From Azolla caroliniana (Eukaryota; Plantae; Polypodiophyta), in assembly GCA_043228905.1 (NCBI GenBank), contig JBHGNT010000010.1, positions 12,772,001-12,836,000 of the forward strand: DNA of 64,000 nucleotides. The letters are read 5' to 3'. The notes under the pieces are model-generated. The model ran no database searches. It had not been told where the DNA came from and worked only from the letters and a program-made list of their open reading frames with translations. This document shows positions 41,794 to 54,345 of this stretch, in pieces (positions within the stretch are counted from its first letter, which is position 1; each line of letters opens with the position of its first letter). Both the position numbers and the translations under genes were made by a program.

Positions 41794-44700
41794 AAGACGA
41801 CGAGTGGAACGAGTCGGCGCTAATTGTGGACCGGGTTTGTCTGGATACTTTCGGTGGAAATCAGCAAGAAGATCTTGTGCATTGGCAACATGCTGAACGG
41901 GTTCCCAAGTACGTTTGCTCGGCCTATAACCGAGCTAATCGACCAAGTAATAAAGTTTGTTGCGAACAAGTTTGGAATCGAGGATGGCAGCAACTTCATA
42001 CTCCGGGCAGGCGTCCAACTCCAGCGGGGGCGGCGATGGTGTCACACGATCGGGAATGGAGTTTGCATTATGAGGCTCAAGAAGAGAACAATGGAAAACC
42101 GGATGTATCTGAAGCTGCGGAGGGAGATCAAGGCGGAAGGTGATAGCATTAATCTTCCCCGTAATACGGAAAGGATCGAGTCGTCGATAATCCAACTTGT
42201 CGCACGGTCGAGTAGTCTTGATGTGACGACGTAAGAGCCATACTCGATCTCCGATGGCAAAAGAGGAGGGAATCCGATGATGATCCACATAAGTCTTCTG
42301 TGTGTGTTGAGCATGACGAAGGTGAGTAGAGAGATCCATCTAGATCTTGCGTAGCCTCTCCAAATGATCGTCGGCACGAGGGGTGGTAGGTAGCTCCGGA
42401 GTGTCGATCACCGACCAGCAAGGATGGAAACCGGTATAAGCGAAAAATGGGGAGACCCGAGTCGAGGAGTGAATAGCATTATTATACGCAAATTCCGCAA
42501 AGTGGAGAATCTCGGCTCAATCGTCCTGTTGATAACTCAGGAAACACCGGAGATATTGCTCCAGCGTTTGGTTTGTTCGTTCCGCCTGTCCGTCGGTCTG
42601 AGGATGGTAGCCGAAGGAGAGGTTGCAGGAGACCTTGAGCATCTTGAAGAGATGCTGCCAAAATTTGGAGACAAATTGCGGGCCTCGGTCACTGATAATA
42701 CTGTCTGGGAGGCCATGATGCCGAAATACCTCACGCATCACAAGAGCGGCGGTTTCCTCGCTAGTGATGGCTTTAGTACATGGCACAAAATGTGCCATCT
42801 TCGTATATCGATCGACGACGGTTAGGATAGCATCGAACCCCTTCGAGACCGGCAGATCTGTGATAAAATCAAGACAAATAGACAGCCATGGCTTACTTGG
42901 AATCGGTAAAGGTTCCAACAAGCCATATGGATGATGTCGTGGCATCTTTGCTCGGCAACAAGCATCACAGGTCCGAACGTAGTCGTCGACAAAACGGCGC
43001 ATGTGGGGCCACCAAAAAGATTGCTGCACTAGCTCCAACGTCTTAGTACTACCGAAATGTCCCGCCGTATGGGTGTCGTGACAATGTTGGACGATTTGAA
43101 GGCGACAGGAGCAATCGGGGACATATACACGCTTTTTAAAGAATAACAAACCATCATGATATTCGAATTGTCGGTAGTCAATACCTGGTTGTTGAGACTG
43201 AGAACAGGATGCCCGAGAAGTATCAATGTGCGCCAGGATGTCTTGAGCAAAACTATCCATCTTCAAGGTTGCACGTATGTCATCGGTAATCCGTGAATCC
43301 ATCGGGGTGTGAAAAATCCGCGTCGTGTGCAATCGTGTTGGTCCCAAGATTACTTGCTTTTGATTATGAAATGTTGCGTCACCAGGACGAGGTGCAAGAT
43401 ATGAACGCCGTGATAGTGCATCTGCTTTTCCTTACTGCTTCCCCGGTCGATATGTGATTTTGAAGTCGAAACGCGTGAGGAATTGTGCCCACCGAGCTTG
43501 CCGTCGATTTAGTACGTGAGCGTTCTGAAAATAAGCAAGATTTTTATGATCGCTAAAGACAATGACCTGATGTGGAGAGCCCTCTAAGAAATGCCGCCAT
43601 TGTACAAATGAATCCACGATGGCTAATAACTCCTTGTCATGTATTTCGTAGTTGATTTCTGCGACATCGAATTTGCGCAAATGGAAAGCCACCGGATGCA
43701 ACTCTTCTTTATCGCCTTGTTGAGAAAGGATGCTACCGAGGGCGAAATCTGATGCGTCGGCCTCCATGATGAATGGTTTGCTTGTATCCACATGAGCTAG
43801 AATCGGTGCTAATGTAAAGGCTTTCTTAAGATGCTGAAAAGCCATATCTGCTTCTATGGACCAAAGAAATGCTTGGCCCTTCTTCGTAAGTTGTGTGAGA
43901 GGTAAAATAATCTTCGAGTAATCCTGTATAAACTTACGGTAGAAGTTAGCAAAACCTAGAAAACATTGTACATCTCGTACCGACCGTGGAATTTGCCACT
44001 CTAGTACAATTTGGATTTTAGCTGGATCCATGGCGATGCCCTTTGAGGAGATGACGTAGCCTAGAAATTCCACTTGCTTGCAGTCAAAGCTACATTTTTC
44101 TAGCTTGGCATAAAGACCATTCTCGCGGAGTCGCTTTAGTACTAATAGTACATGAGAATCGTGCTCTTCTTGGGTCTTCGAATAAATCAACAAATCATCC
44201 AAATAAATGATCAAACAGATATCCAAGAGGTCTCTGAATATATCATTTGCCATGTGTTGGAAGACTGCGGGTGCATTGGTTAGGCCAAACGGCATAACAG
44301 TATACTCGAAATGCCCATACCGCGTGCGAAAGGCAGTCTTCCACTCATCTCCTGGTCGGATCCACACGAGATTATACGCTCCTCGTAGGTTGATTTTAGT
44401 AAAAAACTTGGCACCATTAACTCGCTCTAAAAGACTTCATATAAGAGGAAGTGCATACCTATTCCGGATGGTGACTTTATTCAATCCGCGGTAATCAACG
44501 ACAAGACGAAGTGAGCCATCTTTCTTCTTGACAAAGAAGATGGGTGCACTGGCCGGAGATTTCGAATGGCGGATGAACCCGCTTGCCAAGTTCTCCTCTA
44601 TGTAGGCTCGAAGGACTTCTAACTCGGTGGGTGACAAGTTGTAAATTGGTCCCCATGGTGGCTCGGTTCCTGGTTGTAAATCGATGGGACAGTCATAGGG

Positions 44701-45360
44701 ACGGTGATGAGGAAGGGTACCGGCTTTTAGCTTGTCAAATACATCGGCATAAGGATGATATTTTGTTGGAGGTTGTACTGAGGAGTCCTTAATAGTGCTG
44801 GAAGGATGTACTGATATTGCAAATAGGAACATTGCCTCCTTGGGTCCTTCTTCGCATAGTTGATGGAGTGAAATGGTCGAAACTTGGTGAGTTGATTCTT
44901 GGGGTGGTCGATATCGAACTTCTCTTGTTCTCCAATCTATGGCTGGATTATGTAATTCAAACCAAGGTAATCCTAGGACAATGGGATGCTCTAGACTACT
45001 AATTATATTAAATGATATTACACACACAAAACTACCTAGGACAACTTGAATGGGTTCTGATTCTTCTATAATATTCCCGGAAGCAATGGGACAACCATCA
45101 ATGACTACTACAGATGCGGGACAAGGAAGTTTTCTTAAGGATATCTGAGAAGCTTGGGCAAAATTTCGATCCATGAAACAGGAATTAGCTCCGGAATCTA
45201 AAAGTGCAAGGACGGGTACTGGGGGAGTACTTTTAGTACTAACAATGACTTGGGCTAGCAACACATTGCTAACTTGCTTGGAAGGAATGGAACCACTAAT
45301 GGGCTGTGCAGATCTAGGGCTACTGTCCAACCAAACGGCTCCTATTTTGGCTGGACTCAA
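41791..45360 (-). pseudogene. Gypsy pol (protease, RT, RNase H, integrase, chromodomain), interrupted
   Basis: ALLDSGA; [20 protein letters not shown]; MPFGLTNAPA; YLDDLLI; ADASDF; HD..AGHFG..C..C; SDRGPQF; HPQTDGQAER; YEVAAILDSK..LYYLVD(stop)LGY. Confidence 0.95.
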
Positions 45361-46363
45361 TCGTTTAACTCTTCATCTAATTGACTAAGGATTTCAAATT
45401 TATTTGAGATACTTGGGTTATTAGTACTATGAATACTATCAGACACTCCTAAGGGAAGAATTGACTCGGGTTTAGTACAGGCTACAATTTGATTTACCTG
45501 TCTTCTTGGCCTATGGGGACAATTGATTGCGATATGCCCTGGTCCACCGCAATAAAGACATAATCGATTTGCACGTCGTCGTTGCTTTTCTTCTTCCGAT
45601 AACGGGCCGCGTCGACGCATGGTATCGATCTCCATCGGTGTCGAAGTATTTGCTTGAGGAATGTCTCGTGCAAATGGTCTAGCCGCGACTGCGACGTAAG
45701 TGGGCTCCGGCCTAGCGCATGGTATCTGTAATTGACGTCCGAACGCCGTTCGAAGAGGCGGTTGTCATCCCAGGGTATGTCGGAAGCGAGTAGGCGGAAA
45801 TCCGCCGCATAGGCAGAGGCTGGACGATCTCCTTGATGCAATCGCCGAATCTTGTTGATCGCCGTCCTGATGCTATCGGTGTCTCCAAAGCAGGCTTTGA
45901 ACTCACTAATAAAATCTTCAAAGTTATTAAGTAAGGGCGATTGTTTTTCTAGAAGCGGAGCGAACCATGCTAAGGCTGAGCCGCTAAGCAACGTGCCTAT
46001 TAAGCCGACTCGGGATGCATCAGTGGGGTATCGGGAAGGATGCATTTGGAGGACTAATCGTACCTGATTAAGGAATCCCCTTAATTGCGATCGCGTTCCA
46101 TCAAATTTCATAGGAAGTCCAATCTTCGGCTCTTTATGAAATCCTTGGGGACTTGATCCTTGTTGTTGCAATGCCGCTTCGAGTTGTTGCACCCGTAACG
46201 CTAACTCCCCATGTTGTTGCTGCGTTTGTTGCTTTTCTAGAGCGATTTGTTGCAGATCCCCTATCAGCCGTTGGTTTTCTTGTTCCAAGGCAACAAACTT
46301 TTCTTTTAGGCACTGTAACTCGGAGAAAACGGATTGATATTCTTGGGCGCTAACAGTAGCCAT
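45357..46363 (-). pseudogene. Gypsy gag (coiled coil, capsid, CCHC), internally deleted and frameshifted
   Basis: MATVSAQ start; PMKFDG..RGFLNQ; LSGSALAWF; LHQGDRPASAYAADF; [14 protein letters not shown]. Confidence 0.92.
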
Positions 46364-46440
46364 AGTAGGGGGAAAAGGATAGGAGGATGAGGGAGAACGA
46401 CAAGTAGGCTGGAGGAAAGAGGAAAGAAATTGGTTCAAAC

Positions 46441-46866
46441 TGTCAGGAATAGTACTAAAACAAAGATGGAATTAGTACTAAGAAGAGTAGTACTATTAGT
46501 ACTAAGAGGACGGGACTGCGTAAGATTCCCGAGAGAGAGGAAGTGAGAAGAGGAGAGAGAGAGAAATAGGATGATGACAACAACTCTTATATTATATGAA
46601 AGATAAGTACAAATTGGCGAAGAGGCTTAAGACTGGTGTTGAACCAATTTGGTTCAAAACAATGCCTTGTGCCTCCTTTTATAATGTTTTTAGGAATAAT
46701 CCTAAACCTTCTAGAATGTTCCAGAGAGATCTGGAATATACATCAATTTTCTATGATAAAGCATAAATGAAAATAATATCCTACAAAATACAATTCATAG
46801 TCTAATGGTAAGAGCTCGACCCATGTAGCATAAGGTCATGGGTTTGAGTCTTGCCATATCATGACA
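46441..46866 (-). repeat. Gypsy 5' LTR
   Basis: Upstream of gag on - strand; - strand TATAAAA at 46683-46677. Confidence 0.96.
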
Positions 46867-49800
46867 ATATATAAATATTATTTATTTCTAATCAATAATA
46901 GCAAGATTAAAAAGCACATAAGATGTGATCCATGATAGTCTAGTTGGTTAGGATACTCGTCTCTCACCTAAGAGACCCGGGTTCAACTTTCGGCAATGGA
47001 AACGACAATATCATATATTAAATTTCCGACGCATATCAGGTGTTAACTATTTGATAACTCAAAAACTCAAGTCCTAAAGTAGGTGTTACAATAATGGACA
47101 ATTAACAAAATAATCAATATTATGTTTGAACGATTGGTGATGAACTTTACTTTGATTTTCTTCTCCTAACATCAATTTCTAAACTTAATTCCATTATTTG
47201 ATTAATGGTAGAGGTTTCGAATGAAATTGGACAAAATATTATGTTGTTCGGGACAACAAGAAGAAGTATATTTAATTGTGGTTATTCCTCAACATTGTCA
47301 CCAACAATTACAGTTTGGATAACTTCATACAATTTCAAACAATACGCATAGCTTGCAGAATAATGTTCAACTGTCTACAAGCATTGCACAATTTTTCTTT
47401 ATTTGTAGCATAGCAGTAGAATAGTCCATTAACTAACTCATTTACTAAATGAACTCCATTGCAATCGAGATGCCTGGAATCATTGATTTTTACCCGAGAC
47501 GCGTGGGTACAAGTACATGCATAGGAAAAACTAGATATATCATAGCTCATGAGTTAATTTGGCACCGATAAAAACCGGTGAACTTATTAAATCTTAAAAA
47601 CGAGAGTGTGTTAGAATAATTCTTTGTTTTTTGTTGATGCTTGCGCAATACATAAATATTATTTATTAGTAAGCAATGATCGCAATATTAAAAAGTGCAC
47701 CAGATGTGATCCATTGTAGTCTAGTTGGTTAGAATACTCGAGTCTGACCCGAGAGACCCAAGTTCAACTCTTGGGACTAGAAAAGACCATATCATATATC
47801 AAATTTTGCGACGTATGTAATGTTTGATAACTGAAAAATTCAAAACCTAAATTAGTTACGATAATGTACAATTAACAAAATAATCAATATTATGTTTCAT
47901 TAACCAACTCATTTACTAAATGAATTCCATTGTAATCAAGTTACCTCGAATCCTTGCTTTTTACCTGAGATGCCCTGGTACAAATAGATATATCATATAT
48001 CAAGAGTTAATGTGGTATCGATGAAAACCCTTGAAATTATTAAATCTTAAAAACAAGAGTGTGTTAAATTAATCCTAAATTTTTCGTTGATGCTTCCACA
48101 ATATATAAATATTATATATATCTAATCAATGATTGCAATATTAAAAAGCACACAAGATGTGATCCATTGTAATCTAGTTGGTTAGGATACTCTGCTCTCA
48201 CCCGATAGCCCCGGGTTCAACTCTCAGTAATGGAAACGACAATATCATATATTAAATTTCCGACGCATATTAGGTGTTAATTGTTTGATAACTCAAAAAC
48301 TCAAGTCCTAAAGTAAGTGTTACAATAATGTACAATTAACAAAATAATCAATTTATGTTTGAACGATTGATGACGAACTTTACTTTGATTTTTTTCTACT
48401 AAGATTAATTTCTAAACTTAATTCCATTATTCGATTAATGGTAGAGGTTTCGAATGAAATTGGAGAAAATATTATGTTGTTCGGGACAACAAGAAGAAGT
48501 ATATTTAGTTGTGGTTATTCCTCAACATTGTTACGATAAATTAGTACACCAACAATTATAGTTTAGATAACTTGATTCAATTTCAAACAATACGCATAGA
48601 TTGCAGAGTAATGTTCAATTGTCTACAAACATTGCACCATTTTTCTTTATTTGTAGAATAGCACTAGAATAGTACATTAACTAACTCATTTACTAAATGA
48701 ATTCCCTTGTAATCAAGATGCCTTGACTCGTTGATTTTTAACCGAGACACGTGGGTACAAGTACAGGCATAGGAAAAACTAGATACATCATAGCTCATGA
48801 GTTAGTTTGGCATCGATAAAAAGCGGTGAACTTTTAAATCTTAAAAAGAGTGTGTTATAATAATCCTCTTTTTCTCGTTGATGGTTGCGTAATACATAAA
48901 TATTGTTTATTACTAATGAATGATTGCAATATTAAAAAGTGCACCAGATCTGATCCATTATAGTCTAGTTGGTTAGAATACTCGACTCTAACCCGAGAGA
49001 CCTGGGTTCAACGCTAAAGCAATTACAATAATGTACAATTAACAAAATAATCAATATTATATTTCAAAGATTGATGATAAAACTTTCCGTTGTTTATTTT
49101 CTGCTAACATAAATTTTTAAACTTAATCCCATTATTCGATTAATGGTAGAGGTTTCGAATGAAATTGGACAAAACATTATGTTGTTCGGGACAACAAGAA
49201 GCAGTATATTTGGTTGTGGTTATTCCTCAACATTGTTACAACAAGTTAGTACACGAACAATTATAGTTTGGATAACTCGATAGAATTTCAAACACTACAC
49301 ATAGATTGCAGAATAATGGTCAACGGTCGATGTGGATTGCACCATACTTATTTATTTGTCGCATAACACTAGAATAGTTCATTAACCAACTCATTTACTA
49401 AATGAATTCCATTCAAATGAAGTTGCCTCGAATCCTTGCTTTTTACCCGAGACGCCCGAGTACAAGTAGATATATCATATATCATGAGCTAATGTTGCAT
49501 CGATAAAAAACCTTGAAATTATTAAATGTTAAAAACCAGAGTGTGTTAAATTAATCCTAAATTTTTCGTTGATGCTTGCACAATATATAAATATTATTTA
49601 TATCTAATTAGTGATTGCAATATTAAAAAGCACACAAGATGTGATCCATTGTAATCTAGTTGGTTAGGATACTCTGCTCTCACCCGATAGCCCCGGGTTC
49701 AACTCTCAGCAATGGAAACGACAATATCATATATTAAATTTCCGACGCATATTAGGTGTTAATTGTTTGATAACTCAAAAACTCAAGTCCTAAAGTAAGT

Positions 49801-52800
49801 GTTACAATAATGTACAATTAAAAAAATAATCAATATTATGTTTGAAGGATTGATAAAGAACTTTACTTTGATTTTCTGCTCCTAACATTAATTTCTAAAC
49901 TTAATCCCATTATTCGATTAATGGTAGAGGATTACAATGAAGTTGGACAAAGCATTATGTTATTTGGGACGACAAGAAGAAGTATATTTAGCTGTGGTTA
50001 TTCGTCAACATTGTGACGATAAATTAGTACACCAAACATTATAGTTTAGATAACTCAATACAATTTCAAACAATACGCATAGATTGTAGAATAATGGTCA
50101 ACTGTTAATGACTATTGCAACATGTTACTTTATTTTTAACAAAGGACTAGAATGGTACATGAACTAATTCATTTACTAAATAAATTCTATTGTAATTAAA
50201 TTGCCTCGGATCCTTGCGTTTTACCTTGGACGCTCGGGTACAAGTAGATATATCTTATATCATGAGGTAATGTGGCATCGATAAAAACCCTTGAAATTAT
50301 TAAATCTGAAAAACCAGAGTGTGTTAGAATAATCATCAATATTTATTTCGAATCAACGATTGCAATATTACAAAGCACACAAAATGTGATCCATTGTACT
50401 CTAGTTGGTTAGGATACTCAGCTTTCACCCGAGAGACCCGGGTTCAACTCCCAACAATGGAAACGACAATATCATATATTAAATTTCCGAGGTATTATCA
50501 TATGTTAATTATTTGATACCTCAAAAACTCAAGCTCTAAAGTAGTTGTTAGAATATTGTACAATTAACAAAATAATCAATATTATGTTTGAAGGATTGAT
50601 GACGAACTTTCCTTTAATTTTTTTCTCCTAACACCAATTTCTAAGCTTAATCCCATTATTCGATTAATAGTAGAGGCTTCGAATGAAATTGGACCAAACA
50701 TGATGTTGTTCGGGACAACAAGAAGCAGTATATTTAGTTGTGGTTATTCCTCAACATTGTTACGATAAACGAGTACACCAATAATTATAGTTTGGATAAC
50801 TTTATACAATTTCAAACAATACGCATAGATTGCAAAATAATGGTCAACTGTCAACAAGCATTGCACCATGTTTCTTTATTTGTAGCACAGCACTAGAATA
50901 CTACATTAACTAATTGATTTACTCAATGAATTCCATTGTAATCAAGTTTCCTCGAATCGTTGATTTTTACCCGAGATGCACGGGTACAAGCACAAGCATA
51001 GAAAAAACAAGATACATCATAGATTATGAGTTAATTTGGCATCGATTAAAACCCGTGTAATTATTAAATCTTAAAAATGAGAGTGTGTTAGAATAATCCT
51101 TTGTTTCTCGTTGATGCTTGCGCAATATATAAATAATATTTATTACTAATCAATGATTAGAATATTTAAAAGTGCACAAGATTTGATCCAGTGTAGTCCA
51201 GTTCGTTAGGATACTCGGCTCTCACCCGAGACACCTGGGTTCAATTCCCGGCAATGGAAAGACAATATCATATATTAAACTTCCGACGCATACCATGTGT
51301 TAATTGTTTGATAATTAAAAAACTCAAGAACTAAAGTAGTTGTTACAATAATGTACAATTAACAAAATAATCAATATTATGTTTGAAGAACTGATAAAGA
51401 ACTTTACTTTGATTTTTTTCTCCTAACATCAATTTCTAAACTTAATCCCATTATCCGATTAATGGTAGAGGTTTTAATTGAAATTGGACAAAACATTATG
51501 TTGTTCGGGACAAGAAGAAGCAGTATATTTGGTTGTGATTATTTGTCAACATTGTTACGGCAAATTAGTGCACCAATAATTATAGTTTGGATAACTTGAT
51601 ACAATTTCAAACAATACGCATCGATTGTAGAATAATGGTCAACTATTGATGACTATTGCACCATGTTTCTTTATTTGTAACAAAGCATTAGAAATGTAAA
51701 TTAACTAATTCATTTACTAAATGAATTCCCTTGTTATCAAGTTCCCTCGGATCCTTCCTTTTTACATGGGACGCCCTGGTACAAGTAGATATACCATACA
51801 TCATCAGTAAATGTGGCATCGATAAAAACCCTTGAAATTATTAAATCTTAAAAATGAGAGTGTGTTATAATAATCATCAGTTTCTCGTTGATGCTTGCAC
51901 AATATATAAATATTATGTATTGCTAATCAATGATTGCAATATTTAAAAGTGCACAATATGTGATCCGTTGTAGTCTAGTTGGTTAGAATACTCGGCTCTC
52001 ATACGAGAGACCCGGGTTCAACTCCCGGCAATGGAAACGACAATATCATATATTAAATTTCCGACGGATATCATGTGTTAACTGTTTGATAACTCAAAAA
52101 CTCAAGACCTAAATTAGGTGTTACATTAATGTACAATTAACAAAATAATCAATATTATGTTTGAATTATCAATAAAGAACTTTACTTTGATTTTTCTCTC
52201 CTAACATCCATTTGTAAACTTATTCCCATTATTCGATTAATGGTAGAGGTTTTAATTGAAATTGGACAAAACATTATGTTGTTCGGGACAACAAGAAACA
52301 TTATATTTACTTGTGGATATTCCTCAACATTGTTACGATAAATTAGTACACCAACAATTATAGTCTGGATAACTCGAGAGAATTTCCAACAATACGCATA
52401 GATTGCAGAATAATGGTGAACTGTCGATGAGTATTGCACCATGTTTCTTTATTTCTAACAAAGGACTAAAATGGTACATTAACTAATTCATTTACTAAAT
52501 GAATTCTATTGTAATCAAGTTGTCTCGGATCCTTGCTTTTTAGCTGAGACGCCCAAGTACAAGTAGATATATCCCATATCATGAGTTAATATGGCATCGA
52601 TAAAAACCATTGAAATTATTAAATCTAAAAAACGAGAGTGTGTGAAAATAATCATCAGTTTTTCGTTGATGCTTGCGCAATATATAAATATTATTTATTT
52701 CTAATCAATGATTGCAATATTAAAAAGCACACAAGATGTTATCCATTGTAGTATAGTTGGTTAGCATACTCAGCTTTCATCCGACACACCCTGGTTCAAC

Positions 52801-54345
52801 TCTCGACAATGGAAAAGACAATATAATATATCAAATTTTGCGAAGCAGGTCATGTGTGTACTGTTTCATAACTCAAAAACTCAAGCCCTAAAGTAGTTGT
52901 TACAGTAATGTACAATTAACAATATAATCAATATTATGTTTGAAGGATTGATAAAGAACTTTACTTTGATTTTTTTCTCCTAACATCAATTTCTAAACTT
53001 AATCCCATTATTCAATTAATAGTAGAGGTTTCAAATGAAATTTGACAAAACATTATGGTGCTCGGGATAAGAAGAAGCAATATATTTTGTCGTGGTTATT
53101 TCTCAATATGGTTACGACAAATTAGTGCACCGATAGTTATAGTTTGGATAACTTGATAGAATTTCCAAAAATACGCATCGATTGTAGAATAATGGTGAAC
53201 TCTCAATCAACATTGCACCATATTTCTTTATTTGAAGCAAAGCACTAGAATATTACATTAACTAATTCATTTACTAAATGTATTCCATTGTAGTTTAGTT
53301 GGTTCGTACACCAACAATTATTCCTTAATATGTGGTTATTTCTCAACATTGTTATGACAAATTAGTACACCAACAATTATAGTTTCGATAAATTTATACA
53401 ATTTCAAACAATACGCATACATTGAAAAATAATGGTAAACTGTTGACAAGTATTGCATCATGTTTCTTTATTTGTAGCAAAGCACTAGAATAGTACATTC
53501 ACTAATTCATTTACTCAATGAATTCCATTGTAATCAAGTTACCTCGAATCATTGATTTTTACCCGAGACGCGCAGGTATAAGCACAGGCATAGGAAAAAC
53601 TAGATACATCATAGATCATGAGTTAATTTGGCATCGATAAAACCCCGTGAAATTATTAAATCTTAAAAACTAGAGTGTGTCAGAATAATCCTCTTTTGCT
53701 CGTTGATGCATGCGCAATATATAAATATTATTTATTACTAATTAATGATTGCAATATTAAAAAGTGCACAAGATGTGATCCATTGTAGTTTAGTTGGTTA
53801 GGATACTCGGCTCTCACCCGAGAGACCCAGGCGGGTTCAACTCCCAACAATGGCAACGACAATATCATACATTAAATTTCCGACGTAAATAATGTGTTAG
53901 ATGTTTGATAACTCAAAAACTCAAGACCTAAAGTAGGTGTTACAATTAACAAAATAATCAATATTATGTTTGAAGGATTGATGATGAACTTTACTTTGAT
54001 TTTTTTCTCCTAACATCAATTTCTAATCTTAATCCCATTATTCGATTAATGGTAGAGGTTTCGAATGAAATTGGACCAAACATTATGTTGTTCGGGACAA
54101 CAAGACAGAGTATGTTTAGTTATGGTTATTCCTCAACATTGTTACGATAAATTAGGACACCAACAATTATAGTTTGGATAACTTGATATAATTTCAAACA
54201 ATAGGCATAGATTGCAGAATAATGGTCAACTGTCGACAAGCATTGCACCATGTTTCTTTATTTGTAGCAAAGCACTAGAATAGTACATTAACTAATTCAT
54301 TTACTCAATGTATTCTATTGTAATCAAGTTGCCTCGAATCGTTGA
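46867..54345 (+). repeat. tRNA-Glu satellite array, block 4
   Basis: About 10 tRNA copies (46929 to 53779), same unit. Confidence 0.97.
51964..52036 (+). tRNA. tRNA-Glu(CTC)-like copy with anticodon-arm mismatches
   Basis: TCCGTTG acceptor start, intact T arm. Confidence 0.55.

Larger units (their letters stand above)
41354..46866 (-). mobile_element. Full-length Ty3/gypsy chromovirus (Tcn1-like by inference), degenerate
   Basis: 426-bp TG...CA LTRs; TSD ATATA at 41349-41353 and 46867-46871; gag-PR-RT-RH-IN-chromodomain on - strand. Confidence 0.97.
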
